Shown: positions 13,615 to 26,568 of the stretch, piece after piece
Numbering within the stretch: position 1 is the stretch's first letter
Layout of the letters: every line of letters starts with the position of its first letter
Assembly: GCA_026770705.1 (NCBI GenBank)
Contig: JANJGN010000004.1
Coordinates: forward strand, 95,790,001 to 95,854,000
Direction of reading: 5' to 3'
Source: Isurus oxyrinchus
Lineage: Eukaryota
Length of the DNA stretch: 64,000 nt
The notes under the pieces: model-generated
What the model saw: only the letters and a program-made list of their open reading frames with translations
Told to the model about the DNA's origin: nothing
Database searches by the model: none
Program-made: the position numbers and the translations under genes

Positions 13615-13910
13615 AAACCATTTACGTGACGTTTTACAGACATTCACATAAAAAAAGTGCAGTCTTGTTGTGCAGCCCTATGTGACAGTAAACAACATAA
13701 ACAGCAAACAACTAAATACTTGTTTTTCTACAGTCAGTTGAATGCCCGAAATGCCAGAAGAGCTCCCTGTCCTTCTTCCAATGGTGCCTTGGGCTGTTTA
13801 CATCCATCCTGAATACGAAGATGGATCCTTGGCTTAACATCTCATCTGAAGGATGGCACTTCTGCACTACACTTATGTCAGCCTAAATTATGTGGTGAAG
13901 ACCCGACTCA
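13615..13910 (-). mobile_element. DeuSINE-type SINE, degenerate
   Basis: ggtgccttgggctgtttacatcc...ttaacatctcatctgaaggatggcac...gtcagcctaaattatgtg. Confidence 0.5.
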
Positions 13911-15568
13911 GGCAGCTAGCAATTGTGTGTGTGGGAAATCTAAGCAAGCTATCAGAGACCCAATCTCATTTTCTGAGACAGCTCACAGTAAAGTGAAGTG
14001 TAAAAATAAAATGTGAATACTATGTTAATCTTGCTGCCTGAGCTGGGGGTTGACTGGGGTGGTGGGGGGCTGCATGATCGGTGAAGCAACTATAAAAGAG
14101 AGGAACTGGAGCATTTTATTTCCTCTAACATAAAGGATAAAATAACTAAGGATATGCCACTCTCCCATCCGGCTCTGCAGTCCTATTTATTAGAAGCGAA
14201 AGATAATAAAAGTTTGGTTATTCTCATCAGAGGGAGGTTATTTTTGGAAGTATTAGTTTTTAAGACAAAAGTCAAGTTTGTGAATATGCCGACATTAATT
14301 CTTTTATATACAACCATTATAAAGTCTCATTGTATAACATTTCTTTTAACATCCCCAGAGCACACAAAATATTTCCTCTTCCCCTCCAAAAAATGCAGGG
14401 TAAAATAACTAAGGCATACTGCTCTCCCGACCCCTAGTACAGTGTTACTTGGCCTGATTGAATCAAACAAAAAAGGGGGAATTTTAACACCCACCCCTCT
14501 GCTCAAAGTGGAAACAGTGGGGAGGGTTAGGGGTTGAAGACACAAGAATTAAAATGATGTGGGTCAAGTTCATTTTGGGCAGCAAAGGTAGCTGCCTGAA
14601 TTAGGCAACAGTCTTATTGGGGCCCTATGATATACATGGGACTCCCAATGGCATTTTAACCACCGACTGAAAGAGGAGACCCTGTAAGCCAAGTTTTAAA
14701 CTTGCCTTCAGGGGCCAGAAAGAGCAGCTACAAATAAAACAATTTTTCCAATTAAAAATGGAAAATATGTTGCGTCTGATTTGGGGGCATTTTTAACATT
14801 CCCTTCCTGTTCCCTTTACCTCAAACCGCCTCCAACTTTGCTGAGGGCAATCAACATTCCAAACGTGCTCACACATAACACTGTGATCCTATTACAATAA
14901 ACAAAACTCTCAAAACCACGTTGTCTATACCAGCACAACTGAAGACCAGTGAGCCCAACAGAGTGTTGGGGAAACGTTGAAACACGATAATGCGGAACAC
15001 AACTATGTGGCATTTGGAAAAGTATGGACTAACCAAGGAGGTCAGAATGGATTTGTTCAAGGCAAAACATGTTTGACTGACCTGACTGCGTTCTATGATT
15101 AAGTAACAGGGTTGATGTGGACAGTGTGGCTGTAGCTATGTATGTGGACTTTCAAAAGGCCTTTGACAAAGTACCACAAGGTATACTTGTTTGCAAAATT
15201 AAAGCATAGGGGATTAAAGGAACAGTGGCAGCATGGACACAAAACTGGCCAAAGAACAGAAAACAGAGTAGTGATGAGCAATTATTCCTTAGACTGAAGG
15301 GAGCTATATACTGGTGTTCCCCAGGGAGTCAGCCCATTTTGATAATACATTAATGATCTGGAATTGGAGGTACAGGGCATAACTTCAACGTTTGCAGATA
15401 ACACAAAATTTGGAAATGTGGAATATTATAGGAAGTAAATTGAGAAGGATAAAATTCAGGAGGACATAGACAGACAGGTGAAATGGGCAGACAGATGACA
15501 GATGGCAAATGAAAGCGCGAAGTGTTACATTTTGGTAAGAAGAATGAAGAGAGGCATTGAACTAAATG

Positions 15569-16781
15569 AAAAAAACAAAAACAGAATTACCTGGAAAAAC
15601 TCAGCAGGTCTGGCAGCATCAGCGGAGAAGAAAAGAGTTGACGTTTCGAGTCCTCATGACCCTTCGACAGAACTTCATTTCGAGTCCAAGAAAGAGTTGA
15701 AATATAAGCTGGTTTAAGGTGTGTGTGTGGGGGGCGGAGAGATAGAGAGAGAGAGAGGTGGTTGTGTGGACAAACAAGCAGTGATAGAAGCAGATCATCA
15801 AAAGATGTCAACAACAATGGTACAATAGAACACATAGGTGTTAAAGTTAAAGTTGGTGATATTATCTAAACGAATGTGCTAATTAAGAATGGATGGTAGG
15901 GCACTCAAGGTACAGCTCTAATGGGGGTGGAGGGAGCATAAAAGATTTTAAAATCTTTAAAAATAATGGAAATAGGTGGGAAAAGAAAAATCTATATAAT
16001 TTATTGGGGCAAAAAAAGGTGGAAAACAGAAAGGGGGTGGGGATGGGGGAGGGAGCTCACGACCTAAAGTTGTTGAATTCAATATTCAGACCGGAAGGCT
16101 GTAAGGTGCCTAGTCGGAAGATGAGGTGTTGTTCCTCCAGTTTGCGTTGGGCTTCACTGGAACAATGCAGCAAGCCAAGGACAGACATGTGGGCAAGAGA
16201 GCAGGGTGCAGTGTTAAAATGGCAAGCGACAGGGAGGTTTGGGTCATTCTTGCGGACAGACCGCAGGTGTTCTGCAAAGTGGTCGCCCAGTTTACGTTTA
16301 GTCTCTCCAATGTAGAGGAGACCACATTGGGAGCAACGAATGCAGTAGACTAAGTTGGGGGAAATGCAAGTGAAATGCTGCTTCACTTGAAAGGAGTGTT
16401 TGGGCCCTTGGACGGTGAGGAGAGAGGAAGTGAAGGGGCAGGTGTTACATCTTTTGCGTGGGCATGGGGTGGTGCCATAGGAGGGGGTTGAGGAGTAGGG
16501 GGTGATGGAGGAGTGGACCAGGGTGTCCCGGAGGGAGCGATCCCTGCGGAATGCCGATAAGGGGGGTGTAGGGAAGATGTGTTTGGTGGTGGCATCATGC
16601 TGGAGTTGGCGGAAATGGCGGAGGATGATCCTTTGAATGCGGAGGCTGGTGGGGTGATAAGTGAGGACAAGGGGGACCCTATCATGTTTCTGGGAGGGAG
16701 GAGAAGGCGTGAGGGCGGATGCGCGGGAGATGGGCCGGACACAGTTGAGGGCCCTGTCAACGACCGTGCGTGGAAAACCTC
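15569..16781 (-). mobile_element. 5'-truncated Penelope-like element (GIY-YIG endonuclease region plus 3' UTR/pLTR)
   Basis: Encodes NLVYCIRCSQCGLLYIGETKRKL..HF (GIY-YIG); near-identical to 59040-60236. No TSD; a few CR1 target bases appear to be lost. Confidence 0.92.
15636..15674 (-). ncRNA. Minimal type I hammerhead ribozyme motif in the Penelope 3' end
   Basis: Minus strand reads AGTT-CTGTCGA-A-GGGTC-ATGAG-GACTC-GAA-ACGT-C-AACT: stem I, core, 5-bp stem II, palindromic ACGT stem III. Confidence 0.65.
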
Positions 16782-18940
16782 AATTTGAAGGGGGTGCAAG
16801 AACAGAGACGCCCAGGGGCGCACAAGTCTTTGAAGACGGCAGGACAGGTTGTGAAGGTGGTTATAAAAGCATATGGGGTCCTTGGCTTTATTAATAGAGG
16901 TACAGAGCACAAAAGCAAGAACTTTCTGTAAACCTTTATACGACACTGGTTAGGTCTCAGCCGGAGTGGCATTCAATTCCGACCACCACACTTCAGGGAG
17001 GATGCCAACACCTGGGAGAGATTTACTAGGATTGTACTAGGGATGAAAGGCTTAAATTACGAGGAGAAACTGGAGATCTGGGGTTGTTCTCTTTAGAGCC
17101 GAGAAGATTAGAGGAAATTTGATAGAAGTGTTCAAAATCATGAAGGTTTCTGATAGAATAAATAAGGAGAAATTGGTTCCAGTGGTGAAAGGACACGATT
17201 TAAAACAGAAGAACCAGAGGCAAGATGGGGAAACTTTTTTGCACAGCGAGTTGTTCCAATTTGGCACTCACTGCCCAAAAGGATGGTGGAAGCAGATTCA
17301 ATAGTAAATTTCAAAACAGAATCTGATCAAGACTAAGAAAATTCCAGAACGATAGGGAAAAAGCAAGGGAGTGGTACTAACTGAATAACACTACCATCAT
17401 ATCATTGTATGTGTTTAACTTTCACCAGTAATACTGCATATTAATGGAAACTCTTATCAAAACGTGCAGTTGTTTATGTGCTGCACTCATTTCCACAAGA
17501 AGCCGTTTAAAATGGATCTGCAGACTGTATCTTCAAAACAAATTATTATCCGCTGTTGGCATGACACATTCATTCTTCCAAATCCCCCCCCCCCCCCCTG
17601 GAATTGATTCAAAGTTCTGTCCCGGATGCAACAGGGCAGTACCTGACTGTAATGGTTGCACCCAGTCCTTTGCCAAATACTACATTATCATGAAAAACTT
17701 ACATATATTTAAAGTGTGTCATGAACCAAATTATATCCCATGACGTCTGCATTACTGTTGGCAGCTTGCAGCAGAAGTATAAAAGCACCTTTTTTATTCT
17801 GAGAACACACTGAATCACAAAATGTTCTAAAGGTTCACATATGTTTGCTATTTGCGCTTCTGTACCATTATCTTCAGAAGCCTAGAAGCAAAACTAAAGA
17901 CTATCGTAATGCAAAAAGAAAGCAAATAGTCAAAGATTCAATGGGTAATACAGTCCTGTGACTGCCATTTAAGAGAGTCCAGGGAATAGTTAACGCTATT
18001 CCTTTCATTAACAATGGCTGACAGCTTCTTATTTTTTCCTCATCTATTTTTGTATGAATTTTTTTTTCAAACTGTCACCATCAGCGCAAACGTTCTTCGA
18101 AACATTATGGCAGCTAACAGCATAGGACAACTAAATTAACATGGACACGACTAAAATGACACCCACCCTTGAACCGTCAACTACTTTGGGTCAACAGTAT
18201 TTGCGGATGTTAAACAAGTAGTCCAGAATGAAGCCCTATAACCCACTATGTAAAACATGAGTTACCATGGTAACATTTGGCATTCCACGCTTGTTTGTTC
18301 CGTCAGTTACATCCCTCTTCCCAAAGTTATCGAATTCTCTCATTAGCAGCCTCTTGTTGTTTGATGCAGAAAACAATAAAGATTGACTATTCATCAGTGT
18401 GTTAGTTCTCATGTTTTGCCATTCTGACCTTTTAGCCAATCTTTTCTTTTACATTGTTTCCCACTTCAAAATGGACAGCAAGGACAGGAAGGAGGGAAGG
18501 GGAAGAAAGGATAAGCTCAGCAAAAATATAAACTTCCAAAAATAAGTAAAAAGACCCAAGTTGAAGATAAAACAACAATGTGGTTCAGAAGAGAGGAATG
18601 GATAAAGATGGCAATCAGGTCAATAAAATAAAGTGTGCGTGTTTCATTATTCTGATCATTCTGGGACAAGAAAACAAGGACAGGCACTTGACTGGGTTTA
18701 CCTCTTTATATCATTAAAATTTTTGTTTCTTTAAAACTGTAGAAGCGTTATGACAGTATTTCTCCAACCAATCATATACCAGCACTATGGCAATAGGATT
18801 ACTTTAGGAAAGTCTGTGGCCAACAAATACCATGGGTCTTCCAATTTTCTCCTTATAAACCTCATCAGGCTGATTTGACAGCTGCTGGCCCCAAACTTCA
18901 CAGTCTATGCAGAACCATACTACAAGGTTAGGGCCTGCAG

Positions 18941-19132
18941 CAATATTCCCTCGAAGGTGCATGGCTACATAGCCTCACAACAATCGGGAATGTACCGCAT
19001 GTAAGTGACTGCTCATAACTTTGTGGAAGTTCAGTGACTTTTAAAATATAAGCTGCCCATGACAAAAAAAGTGGTCCTCAGAGGAGTTTGTACCCACCCC
19101 TCTCCAAGTACAAAACTTTAAAGGGAACATTG
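18941..19132. mobile_element. Small MITE-like element (hAT-like termini)
   Basis: TIRs CAATATTCCCT / AGGGAACATTG (10/11 match); no convincing TSD. Confidence 0.35.
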
Positions 19133-19794
19133 ACTGGGAAGCAGCAAGCTTCCTCATCTGATGATTGCAGGCCCTGCACCAACATGAAAGCAATTACAAC
19201 ACTAATACCTTTTCTTAATAAAATGTATTTTTAAGGGCATACTGAAGTCTGGAGTAAGTATCAATATTAAAATATAATAATGGATGTAACTATCCAATTA
19301 TGACAGTGTTGGCATCATGTGGCTGGGAGTCAGAGGTGTTATGTTGGGCCAGGCAGAGAAGGATGGATCTTTACACATAAACATTTATTTGGATACAAAT
19401 TAGAAATATGCATACCCTCAGCCAACGACTGTTTTAGCCTGTTCCTTTTTATAGTATCCCAGTTAATGTCCATCACCCACAATCGACAAGTTGGAGGTGG
19501 GTTTAACCAAATTTTACCAACGTTACAAAGCCCCTCCCAGTGCACCCCCCCCCCACCCCGCCCCATCACAACAGAGAAAATGTGTAAGGCACAAGAGGAT
19601 GGGGGCAACAAAAAAATTCAAGATAAGCATAAAGGTAGCCACAGGAAACAATTTGTTTTGTTCTGTGTAAAGCCAAAGGCGAACAATCACTTGTATATGT
19701 TTCAGTGTCATGGTGCAGGAAGCTAAAAGGTTGAAAAGCCAGTTGGCTATAGGAGAAAGTGTTTCCCTAAAATTGCACTTCAAGGGTTAATATA

Positions 19795-20205
19795 AAGAAT
19801 GAACAAACTTGCACTAATATAGTTGTTCACATTCTCAGGACATCCCAAAGCACTTTGCAATGAATGATTTAGTTTTGAAGCATAAACACCATTATGAAGG
19901 TAAGTGTAGCAGCCAATTTATACATAGCAAGATCCCACAATGAGTTAAATGGCCAATTAATCTATTTTGATACTAGAGACTGAGGGTAAATGTTGTCCTA
20001 GACAATAAAAAATTCCCTACTCTTCTTCAAATGGTGCCATGAAATCTCTAACATCCACCTTAAGAGACAAGCCAGGCCTTAATTTAATATCTCACCCAAA
20101 GATGTGTAACACTCCCTCACTACTGCGCTGAAGTGCCAGTTTAGATTATGTGCTCAAGCCCTGTATTTGGGTTTGAAACCCAGACCTGACTCACATGCAA
20201 GTGTT
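19795..20205 (-). mobile_element. DeuSINE-type SINE
   Basis: cttgcactaatatag...catcccaaagcactttgc...actccctcactactgcgctgaagtgccag...tgtgctcaag. Confidence 0.65.
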
Positions 20206-20449
20206 GGTGCCTCAAATTATTATTTGAAAATATTTCATTCGAAACACTCGTCCTAAAGTTGACCTGCACTCTTGCTGGTCTCCTCGTTAGAGCTGGTATG
20301 TTAAAAGATTCCTTGAGGTTTTCAACAAAGCATCACTGGCAGCATCCGCAGTTCTCTTTGTTTTTATCACTGGATTGTCAGTTGCTGAGAGTTAGTATAT
20401 CCTTAAAAGATTACGTTACAACCAAAGAACAGAGGTAACATTCTGCAAG

Positions 20450-21050
20450 AGAAAGAAAAGCACTTGCATTTATGAAATATCTTTCAGATATCCTAATGTG
20501 ATTCACAATCAATGAAATATTTCTGAAGTGCAGTTGCTGTTGTAATATAGTGAAACACAGCAATCAGTTAGTGCACAGCATGATCCCATTAACAGCAATA
20601 ATTGGCCTAATAATTGGTTTCTTTGTGCTGTTGGTTGAGTGATACAAATTAAACATGACACCAGAAGAAATCCCCTGCTCTTTGTCCTTTAATGCATATA
20701 ATGAAGCACTCTCTTAAGTACTGCACTGAAGTGTCATCCCAGATTGAGAGTTTACTGAGTGGGGCTTGAGCTCATAACTTTCTGACTCAAAGTATGAGTG
20801 TTATCACTCTGGAAATCAGTGCAAAAAGGTGGCAACGGCAATAACGATCCAGAATTTCCTGAAAATTTTCAGTCATTATCACACTGCTGATTGTTAGAGT
20901 TAGCTTTCTGTGCACATTGATTGCCACATTTCCTAAATTGCAACAGTGACAGCACTTTAAAAAAAAATGTAGTTTATCGGCTGCAAAGCACTTTGTGACA
21001 TTCTGTGGGCCATGAAAAGCACTTTTTAAAAAGACTTCATTTTTTTTCTT
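20450..21050. mobile_element. Two DeuSINE-type fragments in opposite orientation (minus ~20450-20805, plus ~20870-21050)
   Basis: cttgcatttatg...gtactgcactgaagtgtc...tctgactcaaag on minus; ttgccacatttcct..gcaaagcactttg on plus. Confidence 0.55.
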
Positions 21051-21624
21051 TTATATTTGTTTTATGCCAACATATTGGCAAACATAAATTTCATCAATTG
21101 TATCCCAAAGCGGGATAAACATTCACCACAACACTCCAATGCGCATTTACCTCCATGCAAAAGACCAGCTAGCGCAAGATTCCTACATTTATATCATTAA
21201 TGCACTGGCGTAGATATACTCCCAAAATTCCAGGCACAGCACTGTCCAGTCACTTGATATTAATAAAAATGAGATCTGCGGTATTTGAACTGTATTATAC
21301 TAAACCACAGTGCTGGCAGTCCCAGTGCACCAGATTTTTCATACTGTGCCCGCATTGTCCCATCCCATGAACGTTCAGTTGGATTCAGCAACTGGAAAGA
21401 ACTTCCAATGGGTATATCTCTATTAGGCATAATAATAGGTAAGAAAGGAGCAGAAACAAGAGGCTGAGAGTGAGCCATGATGGCAAATGTTAGCAGTCCA
21501 CTCACTATTGCTTATGTTGCATTTTAGTTCGATTTGATCTGGGTTTTTATGATCCTGTGCAGGCAAATAGGGTCTGCAGGAAATTTCACAGAAGCCCAGT
21601 AACAAAAATGGAGTAGAAACCAAA

Positions 21625-22205
21625 AAAAATTTCAAAACAATTTCTGCATTAAGAGCAATTCAGGAAATTTCAGGCCAATTATCCAAGTACTCAAGGTTGG
21701 GAGAACAAAAGGTACCTTTAGGGCATTGAAAAATTAAGGACTATTGTAAGAAAGAAGCATTGTGATAGAGCTTTAAGCTCACTATAGTTTTTTGAGCTGT
21801 ACTGAAAGCCCACCGTTTTGTGATCTAATCTGTTGAAACAATAAAAAAGTGCATGCTCACTTTGTGCTAAGTAATTTATGCTTATAAATACCTAAAAATC
21901 TTCTTATTTCATAAATCAAAGTGGCTCCTGTAACCAAGGAGAATTATGACTTCAATTGTCAGGGGCGGGGTGGGAGGGTGCAGGAGAATAAGTAACTTGT
22001 AAAATGTAACTAATTAAAGATAGCATTTAAATGCTGCCTTATCACATCTCACAGCATTTCACACACAGTAAATTTCTTTCTTACAATAGTCTTTAATTTT
22101 TCAATGCCCTAAAGGTACCTTTTGTTCTCCCAACCTTGAGTACTTGGATAATTGGCCTGAAATTTCCTGAATTGCTCTTAATGCAGAAATTGTTTTGAAA
22201 TTTTT
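21625..22205. repeat. Near-perfect 132-bp inverted duplication (arms 21625-21756 and 22074-22205, spacer 317 bp)
   Basis: Arms are reverse complements with one mismatch by eye (aattaaGgact vs aattaaAgact). Confidence 0.95.
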
Positions 22206-22339
22206 ATGCAATGATCTCATGTAAGCAACCATGTCAAGATATTTGTCACAGAAGTTTCCATCAATGGTGACAAGATAAATTATCAATGAATTTATTTTTG
22301 AGGATAGAATTTTGGCTAAGAATCACTGCTGCTGAATCT

Positions 22340-23290
22340 ACAGCATCTTACAGCCAGTGTCATATGTCTTGACACCACTTTTGCCCATCGTCAAAGCTAT
22401 CCAGCAGTGAAGTCACCATCGGTCCTGACTCCACCACGTGCATTAAAGATGACCTGGCATGTGGAGCAATCCTGTCCAATCTTGCTCCAGATGGGATGGA
22501 GTTCCCCACTGTCTTGTGGTCCCAAAACCTCCCGTAGGAACCTCCCATCTCACAACTTGACTGGTCTCTCTGAAATTCTCTCTTGGCTGTTGTACTTCGC
22601 ATGGTTGAATCTCCTGTACGAGTTACTTCTGCATACTCTCCGCTTCCTCACGATTGCCTTCTATTCTGACATATCCTGATGTTCCATCTTGCTGTCCGGC
22701 TGAGGCAGGGACCCCAGTGGAAGGCTGACTATGCAGGGATCCTTTCCACACTATTGGAGACCTGGGAAGAGTACCGGCATAGAGAAGGCATGCAACAAAT
22801 CTTTTAAAAGTACTTTTATGGATTCCCAGGATACTTGCCTTTTTTAATGGTCCAAAAGTATAATGTTTCACAAGAATGCTGAGAGCAAGACATTACAGTC
22901 CCTATTTAGCTATGCAGAGGGGCTGCTCTGGCTACACTTCATTCATATGCACCACATCTTTGGCCACCCAATGCAGAGGGGGTGGGTAATTAAGAGGGCT
23001 TCTCCTCCTATCTCTTTGGACTCTGTACAGTCCAGGATGGACGGGCCATTTGTGAAGGAGACGTTAATGGAAAGGGTTGCTCTGCCTGGCTGGCTCTATA
23101 CCGTGATATCACCCTTGCCCAGGTGGCCTTAAACAGAGTTCATGTTGCATGAGATTTGAAACCTTCCTCAGCCCATTGGTCACTGCAGACTATAGAATAT
23201 GGCGTCTTATAGACACTAATAATAACATGCCGACATAGTTGGAACATTTCCTTTTGGTTTATTTTAGACATCTTTAACTTAATTGTTTAT
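22340..23290 (+). mobile_element. Old Tx1-type LINE 3' fragment
   Basis: Degenerate PQWKADYAGI..IGDLG.RV and FH...ES..LQSLFSY.EGLL.WLHF..IFGHP, typical of the Tx1 ORF2 C-terminal region. Confidence 0.55.
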
Positions 23291-24493
23291 TTTATTAGCA
23301 ATCAGGCGACACTGGGGCAACTTATTGTCAGTCCATTGGTGCATTAAATAGGCCCAAGGAAAATGATACTGAACAATACTTAATACTTGAAGTACATATT
23401 GCAGAACATTTGGTTGAATTCATTCCTCTAGTAACCTCTAAAAATAGAAGGTTGAAGGGTGACCTAATGGGGGTCTTTAAAATTATGAAGAGATTTGATA
23501 AGGTAGATGTAAAGAGGAAAATGGAAAAGAAAGGCATGTTGGAAGTGTCACATGAAGTGGAAGGAGGCTTGTTTGGGCCATAAACACTAGAATAAGCTAG
23601 TTAGGCCAAATAGCCTGTTTCTGCACTGTAACTTCTATTTAATACACCACTTCCTTCTAGTACACCCTAATCACTTCCTGTTTATAGTAAAAATAGGGTG
23701 TCAAAGTGAATTACAGTCAAGACTTCCACAAACACATTTTAAAATTTCTCACACAAAGCTTGTGACTCGAAACCACAACTAGACACATCAATTATGCTCC
23801 CATTTTCCAAAACGGCATATTTATTATGTAACCCCTGTTTAAAAACAGGCACAGACTCTCAACTGGTACAGGCATAGTCTATCACCTCCAAGAGTGCATG
23901 TCAACAAAACTCAAACTGCATTTTGTCACAAGTTCGCTCAGATATGATCTGCAGCTACTTGGATGGGGCAGAGCACTGCTGTGAAACAAAAGGGCCTCCT
24001 CATCCTTACCCAAGCAATAATGAAAATTTAGCTTCCTTCGACCACATGGCCACTGAAAGCAACTTTTAGGGACCTTTGGAACCTGTGACATCATAAAGCC
24101 CAAAGTTTATTTTTTTTTAAAATATAGCTGCACCAATTGGATGTTACAATCCAGTTCTATGCTTCTGCATTCAACATTTACATTTGTCAAGCCCAGGAAA
24201 CCCTTCTCTAACAGCACAAACAGAAAGCTAGGCGAAACATGGTGGTTTGGCAAACAATTCCAATCATGGAACATCCCTTCCCCCGCCTGACTCGCATTTA
24301 AACTGCAAAATCCCACCATTTACTAACACAATACAACTCCAATAAAAAGTGAAAACGGTGCACATTTTAAAAGTAGCTGGCTTCACTCAACATAACTTTT
24401 TTTGATACGCTTTTCAAAATCGTTTGCACAATTGAATGCGGAATCGAGGGAAATCTATATAGGTTATGCTGTTTATGAATGAACACAAGTCTG

Positions 24494-24494
<1 letters not shown>

Positions 24495-24520
<26 letters not shown>
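24495..24520. repeat. (CA)n microsatellite
   Basis: Direct reading. Confidence 0.9.
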
Positions 24521-24524
<4 letters not shown>

Positions 24525-25901
24525 GATTTCTGACGCGATTTTTGCCACAAGTGCTGAAGATAGGAAAGGCATCTTTTTGTTTTAGTAAAACACACGTGCT
24601 GCCTTAAGCCACAGAACGTTTCTGTGAATCTCTCGTTACTGATATTTTAAAAAAAATTAACCACTCCACAAAAAAGGAGAAAATGATATTGGGGTGAAAC
24701 CAAAACGAGGAGGTTCAAGCTCTTACCCATTTTGAAAGAGGGATGGGTGGTGTATTAAATAAAATCTGGTGAAGTGATTTCTTGGACAGACTAACCTCCC
24801 ACCCTCCTTGCCCAGAGAAGGAAGGAAGGAGTGAGCGGCGGTGCAGCACGGGCGGGGGACACAAAGCCTTCACTGCAGAGCTGCTAGAGGGCGATGTATG
24901 CAACCCAGCTTCCCCCAGGGTTGGGAGAAGAGGGGGTCACAGATTCTGTGCAACAACCCGTGTGCTGCACATTTACAGGCCCTTCATCAATTTAACTCCT
25001 CGCCACACCGGACATGGAAGCGATTGTATTGTGCGTGTGTTGTAGCGGCATCTATAAAGTCGTCACTAAATCACCAATGAAATTTGGGCACCTCAGTTCG
25101 CAATAATATTACAACAAATAAAAACTACAGTCATCTGTTTCTGGAAGAACACATTTTTTTAAGAATGAGGCCGACACCACCCACTTTCGTGACTCCTCTC
25201 CCCAGCTGCCACCCCCCCCCCCCCCCCCGCTCCCTTTCCCGCTTATCCCCAGGGCCCGAGGCTGAAACATGTTGAGCCATTGGCTCGGGCTGGGCTATAT
25301 GAAAGAGCCAAAGGCTTCGATGCCTGTAGAGACAACAGTGGATTCAACAAGAGGGGGCTCCGGCCTCTCTCAACATCCACTACCTCCAACCCAACCAACA
25401 TCCACCCCCCCCGCCCCCCAAAAAAAATACAACACCCAGCCTGGCAGTGCGGACAGGTAAGCATAACCGCAAAAAAAAATGAAAAGGAGGGCTCTCTAAA
25501 CCGAAGGAAATCCTCTCTCCTCCCCCCACCCCACCCCCCAAGAAATCGGTCGGAGCCGAACATAAATACATTTTTTAAAAACAGCTTCGGCGCGGGGGGG
25601 TGGGGGTAAATGTTGAAGCAGCAGCCGCGACGAAACCATTAATTTGCATTTTGTATTCAGCTGGCTTTCCCTCCCCTCCCCCTCCCCTCTTTCCCACATT
25701 GTGAAATGAGAAAATAAATATACTGCAAGATTCAACCGTGTGTCCACTTCTGGCTACAATCTTTCCTCGAAGGGGTTGAATGGAGGGCTAAACATCCTTG
25801 TTATGGGGGTTACTTTGTAACAGGAAACAGCAGAAGCTACAGTGAAGCTTATGGGTTTCCATTCTTGCATTTATATATATATATATATATATTTGATTTA
25901 C

Positions 25902-26054
25902 CTGTTTGCCTCTGTAGAACAAGCGTTGGCATTCCGGGTCCACATTGAAGCTCTCTTGGATTTTTAATCGCAAACATTCAATTTTGGTCAGTCTGGATAA
26001 ATCGTCTATGCAGCGCGTTTGCTTGCCGTCGATAGTCCGCACTTGAATCCACAT
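25902..26054 (-). CDS. UHRF-family (UHRF1/UHRF2) E3 ubiquitin ligase, first coding exon (ubiquitin-like domain, 51 codons)
   Basis: ATG at 26054. Translates [51 protein letters not shown], the diagnostic UHRF N-terminal UBL. Ends in a canonical CAG|GTAAAT donor at 25902/25901; 153 nt, phase 0. Paralog is ambiguous, so no symbol is given. Confidence 0.95.
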
Positions 26055-26548
26055 TTTTCCTCTCTCTCTCTCCCTCTTAACCAAAAGCAAAACAATAAAA
26101 TGAAATTAATACCATCAGCGCGGGCAACCGGTTGCAGGCGAGAAAGAAGGAATAAAAAAAATAAAAGTAAAACGCCAAGAGGGATTTTTTTTTTGGGGGG
26201 GAAATAAAATGATTTCCCCCCCGCCCCCCTCTACTAAGTGTAGCAGCTTCTAACCAGTGTGTTGTTTACTGAACTACAGGAGCAGGCACAGACACACATG
26301 GGGTCACGGCGCTAAGCAAATCTCGCGAACATATGATAATTAATTCTAGGAGGATATTAAAAAAAATTTAAAATTCAGAATCAGTCAATTCACCTTTGAA
26401 ACGTCCTTCTTTTAAAACATGTCAGAGTAATGATTATTTATTTTCACCACAAGCCTCAGGCATTGATGCCCCGCACTCCTCCAAAAGATAGATTTGGTGG
26501 TTCTTGTTGTTTTCTGTCTTCTCGTTTCGGGTTACCGGTCTTTTTTCC

Positions 26549-26568
26549 TTTTGGCGGGCTGCGGAAAA
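26549..26568. promoter_or_regulatory. Paired E2F-like sites
   Basis: TTTTGGCGGG (26549-26558) and GCGGAAAA (26561-26568; TTTTCCGC on minus) about 500 bp upstream of the ATG. UHRF1 is an established E2F target. Confidence 0.5.

Larger units (their letters stand above)
15000..17385 (+). mobile_element. CR1 LINE 3' portion (RT and 3' end), split by a Penelope insertion at 15569-16781
   Basis: YVDFQKAFDKVP, GVPQG and FADNTK motifs on the left. CR1 sequence resumes at 16782 (aatttgaagggggtgcaag..., LYTTLVRSQ). Confidence 0.8.

Noticed and set aside
26395-26400. CHR element TTTGAA
   Set aside because: A 6-mer common in AT-rich DNA and not adjacent to the E2F-like sites.
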